The notes beneath the pieces were generated by a model. It did not search any database, was not told the DNA's origin, and was given only the letters and a program-made list of their open reading frames with translations. The position numbers and the translations under genes were made by a program. A stretch of 64,000 bases of DNA. Source: Trypanosoma brucei (taxonomy: Eukaryota). The stretch lies in NCBI GenBank assembly GCA_000002445.1, contig CH464491.1:2016001-2080000 (forward strand), given 5' to 3'. Shown here one piece after another: positions 62,656-64,000 of this stretch. Each line of letters starts with the position of its first letter. Within the stretch, counting starts at the first letter, position 1.

Positions 62656-64000
62656 ATGGCTGCCATTGCGCGTCTGCCTCTACGAAGGGATCAACTGGCA
62701 CATGTAACGAACACGGAGGCCATAACTACAAGGGCGCAACGCATCAGCCATTTATGCACTCCCACAGAACTAGGAATGATAGCGGAGGGTGCCGAAGCAC
62801 TCTCTTGTAATCGTTTCGATCTGGCAGATGCTCTCATTGATGGTGCGTATGAGTCTGTGCGCAGAGCAGCTTCATCTACGCGCCTGAGTCACGTAAGTGC
62901 AATTGCTCGGTATTCGGCTTCAATTAAAACTTATGGCAACGAAACAATTACCACCCTTCTGAAGGCGGGTGCGAGTTTGCTTCAAAAGAATGACTCGGTA
63001 CCCGTGCTGAAATCGTTCTTGGGTGTCGCTCAATCACACCTCACAGATGGAGAAATGAGGGTGTTGATTGATGAAATGTGCGCCAAGGCAACGGAGGAAC
63101 AACGCCTCTGTATTAACAGCATTGGCACGCAGTCTTTGGCCAAAGACGCCGCGAAGTGTGGGGAGGAGACGTTAACGAAGGGAAACGAAGACGGGGACGA
63201 AACTGCTGTCGATGATGAGGAAACACAAGCATGGGATATGTTACGCGCACGGCAGTGGATGTTACAATTGGTGAGGTGTGGGAAGCCACCAACGGCAGCT
63301 GAGGCGGTGCAGGCGATGGAGCTCTACGCACACTTTGCCGTTCGGGACTTTGTTTTACATGAAAAGATTGAGGACTTAGTACTGTTAGTCCTTCCTACCG
63401 GCAACAAATTTCATTTGAACGAAATGCACAAAATAGTACTGAGGTCTCCCAACCTCTTCCCGCGAGTGCGCAATACTCTAGGCCAAGATCATAGCGGAGT
63501 TTCCGATGTCCACCGTGCCGATCGCGGTGTTGAGTGGAGTGACGATCCCGCCTCTTCCCTAACAACAACCTACACAACCTCCAGGGCATACAGTATGTTG
63601 CTGCTGGGTCAGAGATTGTCAGAGGACATAATGTTTGATGTCGTACAGGAGCAGAGTGAAACCATTCCCGTTGATGTGGCGGCGCAGGCGGCATGTCTAT
63701 TTGCTGAAAAGGGTGACATTCCTGAAGGCGTCATCTTGCGCCTCTCGGCAGAACTCGAACACATTAGTCCACAAGGAGTTACGGCGTTTGTCAGGGCAGC
63801 TCGACGCGATTCTTCCGGAGCATTGCTGCCCCACTACGCGGCCGTTCTTAACCGGTTTACTGAGAGGGATCTCTGTGACACGCCACTGGAGACGCTGCTG
63901 CAAATGTGTGAAGTGTTTGCACTACCAGCCCCCCGAGGCACCAGTGAGGGAGACAACGACTCTATAAATGAGTCCCAGAGTAAGTTTCAGAAAGCGTTGA
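62656..64000 (+). CDS. Hypothetical protein, 3' partial (open to the end of the window); N-terminus resembles a mitochondrial presequence
   Basis: ATG at 62656 (MAAIARLPLRRDQLAHV...). I translated the frame by hand and found no stop through position 64000. It is absent from the ORF track only because it has no stop within the window. Confidence 0.5.
   Translation, partial: MAAIARLPLRRDQLAHVTNTEAITTRAQRISHLCTPTELGMIAEGAEALSCNRFDLADALIDGAYESVRRAASSTRLSHVSAIARYSASIKTYGNETITTLLKAGASLLQKNDSVPVLKSFLGVAQSHLTDGEMRVLIDEMCAKATEEQRLCINSIGTQSLAKDAAKCGEETLTKGNEDGDETAVDDEETQAWDMLRARQWMLQLVRCGKPPTAAEAVQAMELYAHFAVRDFVLHEKIEDLVLLVLPTGNKFHLNEMHKIVLRSPNLFPRVRNTLGQDHSGVSDVHRADRGVEWSDDPASSLTTTYTTSRAYSMLLLGQRLSEDIMFDVVQEQSETIPVDVAAQAACLFAEKGDIPEGVILRLSAELEHISPQGVTAFVRAARRDSSGALLPHYAAVLNRFTERDLCDTPLETLLQMCEVFALPAPRGTSEGDNDSINESQSKFQKAL

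Overview
This window reads as a trypanosomatid nuclear chromosome segment, most consistent with the Trypanosoma brucei group (about 48% GC, abundant (TA)n and (TG)n microsatellites in intergenic spacers, and a trypanosome-type H2B histone variant). It appears to be one unidirectional polycistronic transcription unit. All 28 credible protein-coding genes lie on the + strand, separated by 0.35–2 kb spacers, most of which show a polypyrimidine tract and AG in the position expected for a trans-splice acceptor. I found no convincing minus-strand genes, no strand-switch region, no tRNA, rRNA or snRNA genes, and no CRISPR or prokaryotic-style features.

The supplied ORF track uses ATG, GTG and TTG as start codons. 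I re-anchored eleven ORFs whose listed start is GTG or TTG to the first in-frame ATG; three more were moved to a downstream ATG for a weaker reason noted with each, and the BEACH gene, whose listed start is TTG, runs off the 5' edge. Several N-terminal extensions in the track are therefore artefacts.

Recognisable products, all assigned by eye from translated motifs:
- BEACH-domain protein (5' partial)
- two DHHC palmitoyltransferases
- a coiled-coil axonemal protein resembling a nexin–dynein regulatory complex subunit (DRC)
- proteasome beta-3 subunit
- an RPB9-family zinc-ribbon RNA polymerase subunit
- a 1467-aa fusion of a neutral-sphingomyelinase-like domain, a degenerate acyl-CoA-synthetase-like domain and a type II pantothenate kinase
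- MFS transporter
- RRM-like protein
- leucine-rich-repeat (LRR) dual-specificity phosphatase
- Mpv17/PMP22-family membrane protein
- class V PLP-dependent aminotransferase-like protein
- histone H2B variant
- HAD/Cof-type hydrolase
- FAD-dependent glycerol-3-phosphate dehydrogenase
- GP63/leishmanolysin-like metalloprotease
- LRR–FAD synthetase fusion
- two adjacent, divergent Elongin C/Skp1-fold genes
- a zf-HIT plus CCCH zinc-finger protein
- RRP44/DIS3 exoribonuclease
- several hypothetical proteins, including a 3'-partial gene at the window end

The most interesting observations are the three-domain pantothenate kinase fusion, the tandem Elongin C-like pair, a candidate unannotated 78-aa single-transmembrane protein, and a 2-kb repeat-dense spacer at 39.4–41.4 kb. 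Nothing here could be checked against a database.
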